Origin: Eledone cirrhosa
Taxonomy: Eukaryota
Length of the DNA: 64,000 bases
Assembly: GCA_964016885.1 (NCBI GenBank)
Contig: OZ024742.1
Coordinates: 140,182,001-140,246,000 of the forward strand
Direction: 5' to 3'
The position numbers and the translations under genes are program-made. Below the pieces are notes generated by a model. It saw only the letters and a list, made by a program, of their open reading frames with translations, was not told the origin of the DNA and made no database searches. This document shows positions 38,692 to 52,383 of the stretch, in pieces. Numbering within the stretch: the first letter of the stretch is position 1; each line of letters starts with the position of its first letter.

Positions 38692-39065
38692 TGTACAAAG
38701 AAAAACACACGAGATATTTATACATACATACATTATCATCATCATCATCATTTTTACATCTGCTTTTCCATGCTTTCAGGGGTTGGACAGGTCCTTCTCA
38801 GCACAGCATTTCTCCACATGTCACGAGCCTTTGTCATCGCCTCTCTGAGACTCAGTGATTTGCGGTCAGCTCTCATATGTACAAAGAAAAACACACGAGA
38901 TATTTATACATACATACATACATTATCATCATCATCATCATTTTTACGTCTGCTTTTCCATGCTTTCAGGGGTTGGACAGGTCCTTCTCAGCACAGCATC
39001 TCTCCACATATCACGAGCCTTTGTCATCGCCTCTCTGAGTCTCAGTGATTTGCGGTCAGCTCTCA
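38692..39065. repeat. ~186-bp tandem duplication spanning an RTE 3' junction
   Basis: tgtacaaagaaaaacacacgag...tgatttgcggtcagctctca occurs twice head-to-tail (38692-38876 and 38878-39065). Confidence 0.92.
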
Positions 39066-40701
39066 CAACCTCTACCCAGGTCTTTCTTGGTCTAGCTCTA
39101 CCGTGACTTCCTTCCACTGGCTTTCCCTGGCACTTCACACACTGATCATCATCCATGTGCATCACATGTCCAAACTAATGCAGTCTTCTCTCCTGCCCAC
39201 CACATTGAATTCCTCTTAAACCCAGCTTCTCTTTCAACTCGTCCAAGCTCTGCCTTTCTCTCACACTTACATTGCACATCTAATGGAGCATGGTTGCTTC
39301 ATTTCTCTCCAATCTGTGCATGTCCCCTGTGGTTAGAAAAAGCTATCTCACTTACTGCTTTTCATAGGCGCCGCTAAATCCCATGGCTGGTTTCTCCTCT
39401 TCCACGTGCGTCCAACTCATTAACACCCGGGAGCTGCCAAACTCGCATCCAAACCGTTCCTGGTCACCACTTGAGAGAGACCGATCTGCTGGCCCTTCCG
39501 GTCGAGCACCCTTCTGGCCAAGCACCCTTCCGGCCAAGCACCCTTCCGGCCAAGCACCCTTCTAGTCGAGCACCCTTCCGGCCAAGCACCCTTCTGGTCA
39601 AGCACTCTTCTGGTCGAGCACTCCCCAGCTTCCGGCCACCGCACACCATACCCACAATCATCATCCATGTGCATCACATGTCCAAACCGATGCAGTCTTC
39701 TCTCCTACCCACCACCTTAAATTCCTCTTAAACCCAGCTTCTCTTTCAACTCGTCCAAGCTCTGCCTTTCTCTCACACTTACATTGCACATCTAACGGAG
39801 CATGGTTGCTTCATTTCTCTCCAATCTGTGCATGTCCCCTACAGTCACAGCTCATATTTTACTACCATGCAGTATCACACTTCGCCCACAGGACTCATAC
39901 AGTTATCCTTTTATATGTAGGGAGAAACCTTTTGTGGTCAACAGCGGCAGTAACTCTCTGAACTTTTTCCATCTTATTCTTATTCTAGCTATTTTGTTCT
40001 AATCTTCCATTGCTAATTATGTTGCCTAGATAGCAGAAGATACCAACCACTTCTATGGGTCCTTCCTGTGACAGGAATAGGCTTACATTACTGGTTATCT
40101 TCCCCTCGGTTACTCCTATGTATCTTCTACAAAGTCTTCCCTTCTTGTTAGTTTACTTGTTATCCCAGTACATCTCTTGTGTACCCAAGATTTACATTGT
40201 GTACATTGCAGGGAATTTATGCATACTTCCTTTCTACATATTGAGCAGGGCCACTTCCCTGAAGGGATCAGGGTCCTATCTTGTCTCCTAGTCACAAGCA
40301 CTTTAGTTTTGGCTAAATTTACTCTCAGCCCTTTTGATTCTAAATTCTGTTTCCATAGTCGGAACTTATTTTCTAGGTTTTTAATGGATTCGGTTATAAA
40401 GACCAGATCTTCTGCATAGAAAAGTTCCCATAGGCAGCCGGTCTTAAACTCCTGTTATAGCCTGGAAGACTATAATGAATAGTAGTGGGCTAAGAACTGA
40501 ACCTTGATGAACTTCTACTTGTACCTTAAATTCCTCACTAAACTCATTTCCTACTCTCACTTTGCTGACAGCTTCTCTGTACATAGCTTGCACTGCTCTC
40601 ACAAGCCATTCTACACATAATTTCCTTAAGGACCACCAGATAATAGATCAAGGCACTCTGTCAAATGGTTTTTCTATGTCAACAAAAGCTAGGTAACGTG
40701 G

Positions 40702-40704
<3 letters not shown>
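38733..40704 (-). mobile_element. RTE LINE (PHD-type, short 3'UTR subfamily), rearranged
   Basis: GRARPRKTW, GKWPCSICRK...WVHKRC, VQVEVHQGSVLSPLLF; (GAT)n tail; internal duplication 39145-39328 / 39657-39840 around a foreign segment. Confidence 0.85.
39493..39625. repeat. 16-bp GC-rich tandem repeat, about 8 units
   Basis: Unit ccttccggccaagcac with variants ccttctggtcgagcac. Confidence 0.92.
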
Positions 40705-40740
<36 letters not shown>

Positions 40741-40799
40741 TCTCCTCTTTGCTCTTGCCTGATGGAATTGAGGTCATCCTAGGTCAGCAATCCCAGAAA

Positions 40800-41105
40800 C
40801 ATCATTTGTGCCAGTAGAAGTGGGCAGTTGAATGTTTGTAAGTCATTCTCTTCTAATAGCCTACAGAACCTTGGGCATTATGAGGGTGGGCAGGAGAGAA
40901 GCTATTAAGAAAACTATGGAAGCAACACAGAGGGCATCTAGATGACTATGGCTGAAAAGAAGTGTCTTGTGGAATTAGTAGTATGTATTCCATTTCAACA
41001 CAGGCTGAACTTTGATCTACTCTGACTGGGTCACAAGGATGAGAGTGTATATTTTAAGATCTGGAACACCTAGTGATTTTTAGATACAATACGAATGATG
41101 TATGC
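40800..41105 (+). mobile_element. HERO-like RLE LINE 3' fragment, degenerate
   Basis: Manual translation gives PVEVG...LGI...RREAIKKTMEATQRASR*LWLKR..LW, typical of the HERO C-terminus. Confidence 0.6.
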
Positions 41106-41265
41106 ATCTGTAGATGTGTATGAAGAACTTTTCATTTCTTCACCATCATTGTTTTTATATCTGTTTTTCTATGGATTTGACACATCTTCTCCAGCACAAC
41201 TTTCTTCTACTTGTTATGTTCCTCCATGATCTCTGTAAAGACCAGCTGTCATTATTTCAGTCCAG

Positions 41266-41464
41266 TGGCGGTGGATTGGCAGTATTGGTAGAGGGTCGGA
41301 CGCCATGCTTTGACGCATAGAGTTACGGCCCTTGCCATTCTGAGTTCAAATCCCGCCGAGGTTAACTTTGCCTTTCATCCTTACGGGGTCAATGGTCGAT
41401 AAAATAAAGTACCAGTAATACACTGGGTAATTGCTGGCCTTGTGCCTAACGTAGAAACAATTAT
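41266..41464 (+). mobile_element. Young short tRNA-SINE with TSD
   Basis: Family consensus as at 22637; TSD ATTATTTCAGTCCA(G). Confidence 0.92.
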
Positions 41465-42349
41465 TTCAGTCCAGCCTTTTCTCGGTCTTCTACATCTTCC
41501 ATCCACTTGGAATTTGATAAAACTATTGTGCACAAAAAACATATGCAGATACAGAAATTAAATGTTTTCTGTTAATTAGACAAATATTCATTCCCATGAT
41601 TTACTCCAATGACTTATAACCATGCTTGAATAGGTTCACCATATCCCTGCATGCTGTAAGAAGTGACTAAAATGATTAGCATTAGGAAGGGCTTCTATCT
41701 GTGATACATTGCCCCCCCCCCCCCCCCCCAAAAAAAAAAAACCCATGATGAGTATGAAGCCTGTCATTGAGGCTGCAGATCTAACCATTGCTTTAATAGG
41801 TAAAATGGCCTTAAAATACTTCTGTGTGTCTTTCTGGAATGTTAGAGGCAGTGTTCTACAGTTGACTGCATATGTGTGTGTTGTACCTCTGTTTGTTCTG
41901 ACAATCAGTGTTCCAATTGTTCAAACAATGGAACAGCCTACTTGTAAAATTAATGGGCAAACGATTAAGCAGTTCACAGATGCATGCACCTTTAGTGCAG
42001 CTCTCAAGGAGATTCAGCTTGATGCAGTGTGTGACAAGGTTGGGCCTTTGAATTATAGGTACAATCCATTTTTGTCAGCTAAAAAAAAAAAAGAAGCCAA
42101 GTGTTATGATATATATTTGGGCCTCAATTAATTATTTTGTACAGGCAAACTTTAAATGTGTAAATTTGTTAAAAACGAATTGATTAACTCTTTTCATGAT
42201 TTTTTTTGCATTGTTTGGACTTAATTTATTACCATATTTCTAATGAAATACACTGCCTATGGTTTTCAAATAATTTTGAAAATAGTCAACAATTTGGAGG
42301 ATTTAGTAAAGGAAGGCGGAGTTAGGAACATAGATTTTTGCATAAAATT

Positions 42350-42412
42350 ATAATTGTTTCTACTTTAGGCACAAGGCCAGCAATTACCCAGTGCATTACT
42401 GGTACTTTATTT
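42350..42412 (-). mobile_element. 5'-truncated short SINE (3' ~60 bp) nested in a MITE
   Basis: Reverse complement of aaataaagtaccagtaatgcactgggtaattgctggccttgtgcctaaagtagaaacaattat; TSD TTTTTGCATAAAATTATAAT. Confidence 0.85.
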
Positions 42413-44418
42413 TTGCATAAAATTATAATGAAAGGTTTTTAGATAAATATATAAACAAATTAAAATAAACAGCAAACGTAGTTTTAGGTGGTTTTGTGTC
42501 TAAAGTGTTAAACATTAAAATTTTTGTATTTCATTTTATATATAACAGTATAAACTAAGAAGCCTGTGTTTTAAGTAGATTATTTATAATATATGGAAGG
42601 GAATTTATTATATTCAAATAAAATTCCTGACATTTGCATTTGTTACTAAGCAACGTGTTAAATATGTAGGTGTGCTCTCGAACAATTTCTTGCAATGTTA
42701 GTGGAATTGAAATAAGTGGACACTTAGAAGCAATCTAATAAACTATCTTAACCAGGTAAATGTGAGTAGTTTTCATCATTTTATATCTGAAAATCTAATA
42801 GTATTTCTTAGCAATTGTTATGTTGATCAAATTTACTGATAAAGGTAAAGTTAAAAAAATATATATATATACACTGATAATTTACACTAAATATGTTTTA
42901 TAAGGAAAATCAGCATAGTTGTCTATTCTCTTGTTGGTTTCGGTCATTAGACTGTGGCCATGCTGGCATATTATCTTAAAAAGATTTAGTTGATTGTATA
43001 GACCCCAGCACTTATTTTTTCAAGTTTGGTGCCTGTTCTATCAATCACTTTTTGTCAAACCGCTAGTTCACAGGATATAAACACCAATAGATACAAACAT
43101 AAAAGCATGCTCACAAATATGCACACACAGATACATACACACAGACACACATACTACAAATTTCTGTGAAGCAGGGTTTAGTCATGCAGGGTCCCATGAC
43201 AGGCTGCATACTCTTTAGAGGAGCCTTTTTTGATGCAATGTTTTACAGCCCTTCCTGGTGCCAACACTTTTAGTAGCTTCTTACTAGAATGAACTGAAAT
43301 TAGAATGGTTCAGTGGATGAGCAGAGAATCCTTTCAGACAAAAGAAGTCAAACAATGAATTGCAGAGAATGATAGGAATAGAGTCAGTGATGAATGCTGT
43401 GAATAAAAATAAAAATAAATGGTTGGGTCATGTGTTGAGGAAGGATGAAAGTGACTGGGTGAAAAAAGTGATGGAAATGAATCTGGATGGAAGTAGAGGG
43501 GAGAGCAAGAAAGACGTGGTTAAAAATGGAGGAGGAAATGAAAGTGAGTGGGGACTGTAGCTATATACAGACAAATAGAGAAGCTTGCTCCTTCTTCCTT
43601 GGCTAACCCCTACTTTAGTTGGTAAGATGGCCTTAAAATGCTTGTTGTAGTTGTCATATCCTGAAGCATGTAGCTAGCTTGAATTATAATTCAACAAGCC
43701 TTTTAACAACAACTATATGTGATATGTAATTTTAGTTACTAGAAGTGTCCTCTCACTGAAGTCCTTAAATTTATGATATTGACTTAATAGTTGCTGTTGG
43801 CAACAAACTGATAGTGGTTGTTGTATTGATCTCCTCCTCTCTGTTGCTTTTTGATATTGTTGGCTGTGATATAATGGATAGTCTGCATTAAGATATTAAT
43901 GTTTATCTTTATTTTGTTTTGTTGTTGGTTTTTTTAAATTACAATCAGAGTGGGTCATTTTATTGAAGTCTCATATGTGGTGTACTTTATCATCATCATC
44001 ATCACTACAACCACCACCAGCACCACCAAAAGCAACATCATCAATATCACCACAGCCACCAACCTCCTCTTCATCATCATCACCACAGCAAGCTGTAGCT
44101 ATTGTGGCAACACCACCACTATCACCACCATCAGTAACATTGGTGCATGTTTCATTGGCCTCCTATAAGGTTGCATTTCAAAACTGATTTCTTGGGTCTT
44201 TTAATGGGAGGTCTCAGGTCTATCGTGTCACTATTTTTTTTATAACTTGAACTCCAAACACACACACACACACATAGCCCAAACAGACCCTGCCAGATGC
44301 TCTAAAAATTCTGCAAACCTTGGACAGGGTACTATATTTACCGACTCTAAAAGGATAGTTGGCAAAGTTGACCATAACAAGATTTAAACACAGAGTGCAA
44401 AAATCAGAACAAATTCAG

Positions 44419-45363
44419 TGTAGAAGATCACGCCATCTAGCGTCGACTGTGAAGGCAGTCGATTAACTGCCCTTAGTTCTGACATCAGTAGCTGAAACAA
44501 TATTTATTAAACGATGATCACGTCGGGGTCACCACTTTAGGCGAGAGATGGTCGTCAGTCATCCCGTCTAATTGGATACATACACCCCCATCTTTCTCTT
44601 TTGCACACACCCGTTTCATTGCCCCCCCCCCCCCCCCCCATCACCAAGATATAAGACTACGACCCGTTCCGGTCGGAGGGTTCATTGGTCCAAAAAACTG
44701 TGTAGCATGGTATATTTTTAAACTGCTATTGTGCGGTGCTTTAATCCTGTAGTGACTTTTGGAACTTTTAGGAAATTGTATTTACATTTTATTACATTTG
44801 TTTTTTTATTCCTTTCACGTTCTTGCATGCTTGTTTAATATGCTTTTTTTGAAATTTGTTGTGCCCTTCATGCTCGGTTGGGCTGATTGCTCCTTGGTTT
44901 GGGATTTTTGATGGTTGCTAATCGGTTTTTCTACATACATGATTCGATGAACCGATTTTTATTTAATTTTCTAAAAATCTGGTGGGAAGCCATGTAGAAG
45001 ATCACGCCATCTAGTGTCGACTGTGAAGGCAGTCGATTAACTGCCCTTAGTTCTGAAGTCAGTAGCTGAAACAATATTTATTAAACGATGATCTCCTCGG
45101 GGTAAATAGACGTGCTATCTCTATTGTGCTACCTCCTTTCAGTGATCCAAAGGATGACATCACACCATGCGGCAGTATACGACGACTTAAATATATCCCA
45201 ACCTAGGAGCACTAATGTATTTGTATATATTCTGTAATTGCTCCTATATAAAAGATGTTTTTATAACATAAAATTGAGGTATGTTCCTTATTCCTTCTTT
45301 GACTATGTGCCAGTAAACAATATCCAATTAGACGGGATGACTGACGACCATCTCCCGCCTAAA
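44419..45363 (+). mobile_element. Gypsy-type LTR retrotransposon remnant with rearranged left end
   Basis: 3' LTR at 44993-45363 (starts TGTAG, TATA box ~45244), preceded by purine-rich ggtgggaag. Pol C-terminus TTRSGRRVHW near 44659. A tRNA-Trp-type PBS lies on minus at 44517-44534. Imperfect 4-bp TSD tcag/acag within an old SINE. Confidence 0.8.
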
Positions 45364-48272
45364 ACAGCAAGACATTTAATCTGACTCTGCCACCAATTTG
45401 CCATCTTTTTAATGCTTTTTTATAGTTTTGTCAATGATATTTGCTATCACTATGTCTCTGGAATATCTCTGGTATTTAAAGATGCTTATCACTGTATAAC
45501 AATATCAAGCATTTTAACACTTTTGTTAGTAAACTGCCTGAAACCATTTCTGGTTCTGTGATACAAAACTGTTTATTTTAAAGTGTTTATATTTATCTAA
45601 AAACCTTCCGTCCTAATTTTATGTGAGAACCTTTTGTTTAGTTATATTATTAAATTTCTTAAAATTCTTGATTATTTTCAGAATTATTTGACAAACATAG
45701 GCAGTATCTTTCATTAGGAATATGGTAACGAAAGGGTTAAGTCTATTTTCTCTACTTAAGCAGGGGTTAGCCATGCAGGCTCCTTGAAAGCCTTCATAGT
45801 CATTGTTTGGGGTCAGATGCCCTTCCTGATATCAACCTTTTTAGTTGCCTCTTACAACATGCAGTGATATTGTGTACCTATTGCAAACCAGATATACATA
45901 GATGTTTACTACTGTCAATATCACTATTATCATTATTTTATGTCTTCCTTTCTCTGCTGACATGGATTTGACAAGTTGTTACAGACCAAGTCAGTACATA
46001 ATCAGAGGTACTGTCCTAGATGGACAGTGTCACACTCAGATACATTCCATTTTGGCATGGTTTTTATGGTTGGATGCCTTTCCTTAAATCAGCTACTTTA
46101 TAGAATGTACTGCATACATATTATCATGGCAACAGCACTTAGGAAGTTGTTGTCTCCTTGAAACAACTGAAGTGTCCCTTCTATACATTTGGCATGGTTT
46201 ATACAGCAGAATGCTCTTCATAAGGCTAATTGCTTCACTGGGTGCATTTTATCTTGGCATTAGCATTAAAGAGGTTGTTGTGCTTTCAGTTTCTTATTCG
46301 TATTTTAAATAACTTCAGACTGGATATTACTGTTATTTTCATGACTAGGTCAAACATGAATAAATATGCTCCAAACATTATAGTCTGTCTTAAATCCACT
46401 CTGTTGCACAATTGTTCATATGTCCTGGATTATTATGTAAAAACCTCATTGGCTTCAATATTGATCAGAAGATAACATTTCAAATCCTGTTGTTCTCTCA
46501 TTGTAATGGATTGTTGCTATTGCTCAACTGCTACTACCATCACTGCTGCCACCATCGCCATCATCATCATCGAGTAGTATTTCTACACCTGGGATGATGC
46601 TGTTGCCACACATACAATCTGCAACAATAAAAATTGAACATCAACAGCTTCAATCACACAAATCTCAAGTCATAGGCGTAGACTCTTCTTCCAGAAAAAA
46701 AAAAAAAAATGTATGTAAATTTGCTACTTGAAAGTGAATTTAAACAAAAAATTGTGTGTGTGTGTGAGTGAGAATGTTTGATATTATGTGTACCCACTCT
46801 GCACCATACACACACATACACATGTGTGTATCATGTTGACATGGGCAAGTGGGCACTTAATCACAGCTCTCTTTGATGGGTAAGAGAACCATGTCTCACT
46901 TAATATGTTCCACTTTTTCTATGGTTTCTAAAGCTGGATGTTCTTTCTAAAACCACCCACTTTTCACAGTGTACTGGGTGCCAGTTATTGTGGCACTAGA
47001 AAGGTTGTTATGTCACTAAAGAGCCCTCTTGACCCCTTTGGTTTCTACTGTCGGATGCCCATCACTCTACAGAGTGTACTGGGTGCCATGTCATTGACAT
47101 GGTTGAAGAGCCCTCTCAACCCTCATTGCATGGTTTCTACAGCTGTATGCTCTTCCTAATGCCAAACAGTTTAGAGTGTACTGGGTGTATTTTATTATGG
47201 CACTAGCACTAGAGGGGTTACCATGACTTTGACATGGCTGAAGAACCCTCTTAACTCTTTTTGCATGCTTTTTACAGCTGGATGCTTTTCCTAACGCCAA
47301 ATAATAGAGTGTACCATTTAGGGATGAGGGAACCAGGATAAGCTCTGACTCGAAGAGCTTCTGGGTATAACACAGACTTTAACTAAAAACAATGTAAAAT
47401 ATTGTTGATAATGATTGGAGAAAAAAACCTTGATAAAATAGTTCCATTATTTTCCATAGACTGTCTGTCTAATGGGAGCAGATGTGTCTGTTTGGAATTA
47501 ATGACTAATAAAATATGTTCAATGTTAAACAAGTGGATAGTGACAAGTTTGATATTGTCTCAGTATATGTTTTGTCTCTGTCTTACCATAGCGAATAGAC
47601 TAAAAATATTGAAGTGCAATTATGACCAAAAACAAACCATTTTTTTGTATTTCATTCTTTTTGTTTGTGTGTGTATATCTGCATGTATTTCTCTCTTTGC
47701 TCTATCTCTGTGTATGTTGTTTGTGTGTGTATGTGTGTACACATTTATCTCTCTGTATTTGTATGTATTTCTATATGATTGTGTCAATGTATTTCTATAT
47801 GTATGTGGCTGTGTACATATTTCTATGTTTGTGTGTCTATGAATGTCTATATGTATCTGTGTATGTATGTATTTCGATATGTGTGTGTATGTGTAATATA
47901 TTCTTGCCAATTCATACAGATAGTTACATGTATGGAAAAGTTGATTGCCTTCCTAGTTGATTATAATCAATAAACATCCCACAATAAAGACAGCTGTTCC
48001 CCCAGAATAATCTACAGTTGTTTGTTGTTACTCATAGGATAACATCAGTTTTTTACCTATTAGAACATTAGCTACTATATCTGGGACCTAATTAGCTGCA
48101 TATCAATAATATCTTGAGGGTAAGTCTCACTCCTATATCTAAACTATCAAAATTAAATTACTAATTTAACCTTTCTGATACTATCCTCCCGAAACCACCT
48201 CTCTTTCTTTGAAACCAAACCACCCATTTTAAAGGGTTTCTATGGTATTTCAATTAATATCTTCCAGCATAA

Positions 48273-48898
48273 TCTGTATATATATAAAATTAAGTATGTG
48301 TGTGTCTGTGTATTACCTATAGGGGCCTACATCTTACGACCGATTTTCATGAAACTGTACAGGCTGATAGATTAGTCATTGGGGAGTGTTTTCTATATAT
48401 CAGCGTATCGTTTTTTTTATTCTGGTGTCATTCTGCAGATAAAAATTGATATGGGGGGGGCACCTTTTTTTAGGTATCGCAAAATAAGATTTTTGGCTCT
48501 AGCTCCCACATTTTGCCACCGATTTCGTTCAAATTTTAAAGCAAAATATAATTTATCATTGCACATCCTGTAATGTCTTTATATTTTGCATTTGCTGTTC
48601 AGGGACGGCGTGGCAGCCGCTTAAATATTCGAAAATACCACCTTTTCGCTCAAATTTCCGCCTTTTCAGCTCTAGCTCCCACATTTTTCAACTGATTTCG
48701 TTCAAATTTGAAACTCCCTCCCCCAGCATGCCCCAGTCACCCACGTTTCTCAGTGATAGAGGTCATCACCACCCTCCCCCCGCATGGCCTGTGTGTGGCC
48801 ATAGATGAGTAATCGAGAAGCAGTCACTAAGATCAACACCTTTTCATCAAAGCAGATATTATTTTACCTACCCAGGCAACACTGGGTACTGCTGCTAG
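48273..48898 (+). mobile_element. Non-autonomous Helitron nested in a MITE
   Basis: 5' TC, (GT)n, ccgattttcatgaaact motif shared with the 8222 copy, hairpin cccaggcaacactggg, 3' CTAG, A|T target. Confidence 0.85.
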
Positions 48899-49977
48899 TT
48901 TTATATAAAAACCTTTTAAGGTTTTTATATAAAATATAATCTAGATAATTTGATGTAAAATGATGATGATTTGGTTTTAGTAAATCCCTCCAATTTTTTT
49001 TTGTTAATTAAAATACACTGTATTTCATAAGAAATATGGTAACAAAAGGGATAATGAAATGTTTCAAATATCTTAACATTCTCAGTTTTGCCTTAACTGC
49101 TTTATTATTATATTTGAATTAATTAGATTAGTCTGAATAATATAATGAAAATATATTCTTATATTTATTCTTTTATTCCTTTACTAATTTTACTCATTAG
49201 ATTGCAACCATGCTAGGGCAACTTTTTTAAAGGGATTTAGTTGATCATATCCACTTCAGGTTTATTTATTTTATTGATCTCATTCCTATTGAACTGCTAA
49301 GTTAGGGATATAAACACAGACATGAACATGCACACATACACACATAATGGATTCCTACACTTTTCATCTATCAAATTTCACTTTCTATTTGGAAGGTTGT
49401 TGATAACTACATGTGGGGTAGGTTAACCAAATAGAAATTTCCGTTTTACTCAACAAAAGAAAACAATGTACAAAACTCTCTAGATATTGGTCTGCCTAAG
49501 GCCATGCAATGAGACTGAACCCAAAACTACATAGTTGTGAAGTAAACTCTTTAACCACATTTATGCCTGTGATTATAGCCACAGGTATATATGTATATAT
49601 GTATCATTTTATGTATTATTTTTTAACCCTGGTCAGATTGGATTAAAGAGACTGTGTTTCCATTGGTCTTTCCATTGCTGATAGTATATGCTGATTCTAA
49701 CTCCTGGCAGAAGTGTCACTGCTATTTTGGTAACAGAAGGTGGGATTTGAATGCCAAACAGAGCTAGAACAGATAGTGACAAGTATCACTTCGGATGATG
49801 TTTTAATAACTCTGCCAATCCACCAACACTGAACTAATATTTACTTGTTGACTCTGAAAGAATGAAAAGCAAAGTTGACTGTGACAGGATTTGAACTAAG
49901 CCTGCAGATAGGAGAGCCAGAACAAATACAAAAGCATTTAACACCCAAAAAACTCTGTCAATTTGTCACCATTATAT

Positions 49978-50830
49978 ATCATCGTTTAACATCCATTCTC
50001 CTTGCTAGCATGGGTTAGACGAGTTGTCTCATTTGAGGCAAGTTGGGTCAAGTGACTATGTATTGCTCATATAGAACTGTTTCTGGTTAGGTTTCTATGG
50101 CTGGATACCCTTCCTAATGCCAACCACAATAACAGTGTGTGCTGGGTGCTTTTTGTTGTGACTCCTACACGACCACTTTACATTGTGGGCTGGGTGCTTT
50201 TTGTTGTTACACCCACATGACCACTTTACAGTGTAGGCTAGATGCTTTTTTGTTGTGATACCAACATAACTTTACAGTGTAAGGGTGGTTGGTGTGGACA
50301 GAAGTGGGTAGGTGGGTGTTTGGGAGTGTATGGAAGGGGGTATAGTGGTTAACAGGTGCCTACTAGATGTATGTTCTCTACTTCCCCCACCCCGCCATTC
50401 TTTCCATGTCCGCCTTTTGGCCTTAATTGTCTCCTCTACCCTACTGTTCCACCACCAAGTCACTCTCCTTCTCCCTAGAGACCTGCTCCAGCCACAGATT
50501 TCACTTGTTGCTTTCAGTTGGTTATCTTTCAGGAATTCCCACTGTTCCCCTATATTGTATGTCTCTATTTGCTCTTCCTTACTGTCAAAAGCATCAAATA
50601 ACTCTAAATGTGTTACTGGCAGTGGGGTCCTTCAACTTCCACATTCTTCTCCTCAAAGTTGTCATCTGTCAACGAGATCATCTAGCCCTGACTGTAAGGT
50701 CGCTAACTATTAGGTTATGTTGGGAGGTGCATTCTTCACCAGGAAGGGACTTTGTGTTTACAAAAGTCACTCTGTCTCATCTTCTGGTAAGGATAAAATC
50801 TATCTGGCTGGTGTGCTTCCCTGATCAAGT
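49978..50830 (-). mobile_element. RTE remnants: 3'UTR (49978-50290) and endonuclease/linker fragment (50370-50830)
   Basis: 3'UTR matches 54780-54960; TWWWNSRVEETIKAKRRTWKEW linker motif; a DFIL motif near 50790. Confidence 0.75.
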
Positions 50831-50948
50831 GATTATATATATATATATATAAATATATAAATTCACTAAGCTCTTATTCCATTATATCCACAATCATCCT
50901 TCTCTCCCATTCATGACACAATGCAGGGCTCATTATTGAATACAACAA

Positions 50949-51135
50949 CGGTGGATTGGCAGTATTGGTAGAGGGTCGGACGGCATCCTTTCCAGCATAG
51001 TTACGTCCCTTTACGATCTGAGTTCAAATCCCGCCGAGGTTGACTTTGCCTTTCATCCTTACGGGGTCGATAAAATAAAGTACCAGTAATGCACTGGGTA
51101 ATTGCTGGCCTTGTGCCTAAAGTAGAAACAATTAT
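50949..51135 (+). mobile_element. Young short tRNA-SINE with TSD
   Basis: Family consensus; TSD ATTATTGAATACAACAAC. Confidence 0.92.
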
Positions 51136-52380
51136 TGAATACAACAACAAGCGTTTTAAAGCAATTTCCCTGCCATAGTAGGAGTCTGTCTTACAGCCTG
51201 CATGCAAGCTTTCCCATTTTGCTCTATTGGCTGCATCCCCCTCACCAAACTTCTCATTTTCATTTCTTCCATCATGTTTTACTTCCTCTATCTCCTTCCA
51301 CATTAATTTCCATAATTCCTCTCACCTAGTCATTCATCCTCCCTCAACCATCTCATTCCTTTTCTCTTCACAGCATTCATTACTGTCTATTTCTATCACC
51401 CAGTCACTTTAACTTTTCCTCAACACATGACCCAACCATTTCATTCTCATCCTCCTCTGCAGTTCATTATGAAAATAGTTCTGAGGAACCTCCCCCATCT
51501 CTGAAAAGGGCTCTTCGAGCAGGGTCCCCACTTCAGAAAGAGCTCCTGCTACCTTTTAACAACAGGGTCCTGATCACTTAGAGAGTGTTTTTAAAAATGT
51601 AATTGTTGTCACTTTTCTACCAATTTATTAAATTTTTTTTACTTTAGTAACACCAGTTCACAAAAGTAAGTGGAGTGGAGCTGCTGTATATGGTCAATAT
51701 CAAAGGTTCTCAACCCCTCGAAATCACGAAACGCCCCCTTACCCTATTTTTCCATTTTTCAATATACTACTGATTTTGATATCGGTAGATTACTGGGCCA
51801 AATCAAGTTATGTTAGAATCTTTAAAAAAATCTTTAAAAAATACTCGTACGAATTAAATACCAAAAAGTTTCAGTCCAAAACAAAAGCAAGCTATTTCAA
51901 ATTATATATTTAAAAAAAATAGACGTGAATGTTTTCAAAGATTTGATCTCAGTCGAAAAAGCTTTCTTTTTAAATTCTATATTTCACTGTTAGCTGTTAT
52001 AATATTTTGAGTGGATAGACAATTCTACAATTCAAATTGTAAAGTCAAAATACAAAAGATGCAAAATATGAAAAATTTCTTACCTTTTTCTTGAATCACA
52101 AACTCAAGGGAAAAATAGTACCTTGCAAATTAAAGTGCCTCGATCACAAACTTAGTTGCAACGAATGAATTGAGATGCTTCGTAACAGAGCAAACAATAT
52201 CTCTATCCCTTATATATATATACATAGATAGATACACACACACACACATACATGCGTGCGCGCACACTAACACACACACAAACAAACTTGTGTGTGTTTG
52301 TGTGTGCCTTGTTTTTGGTACAGAAAGAATTTTGTCTCCAGTTTTTATTGCCACTGCTCTTTTCAACAACGTCAAATAAC

Positions 52381-52383
<3 letters not shown>

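Noticed and set aside
39493-39625. CRISPR-like repeat array
   Set aside because: Contiguous 16-bp units with no spacers, eukaryotic context and no cas genes.
43950-44187. S/P/T-rich ORFs
   Set aside because: Degenerate (CAT/CAC)n low-complexity tract with no supporting gene structure.
44517-44534. tRNA-Trp gene
   Set aside because: Only the 3' 18 nt including CCA are present, directly next to an LTR end, so this is a primer-binding site.
44419-45363. DIRS/Ngaro split-repeat element
   Set aside because: The tRNA PBS, PPT, TG start, Gypsy-like TRSGR tail and near-TSD fit an LTR element better; there is no tyrosine recombinase trace.
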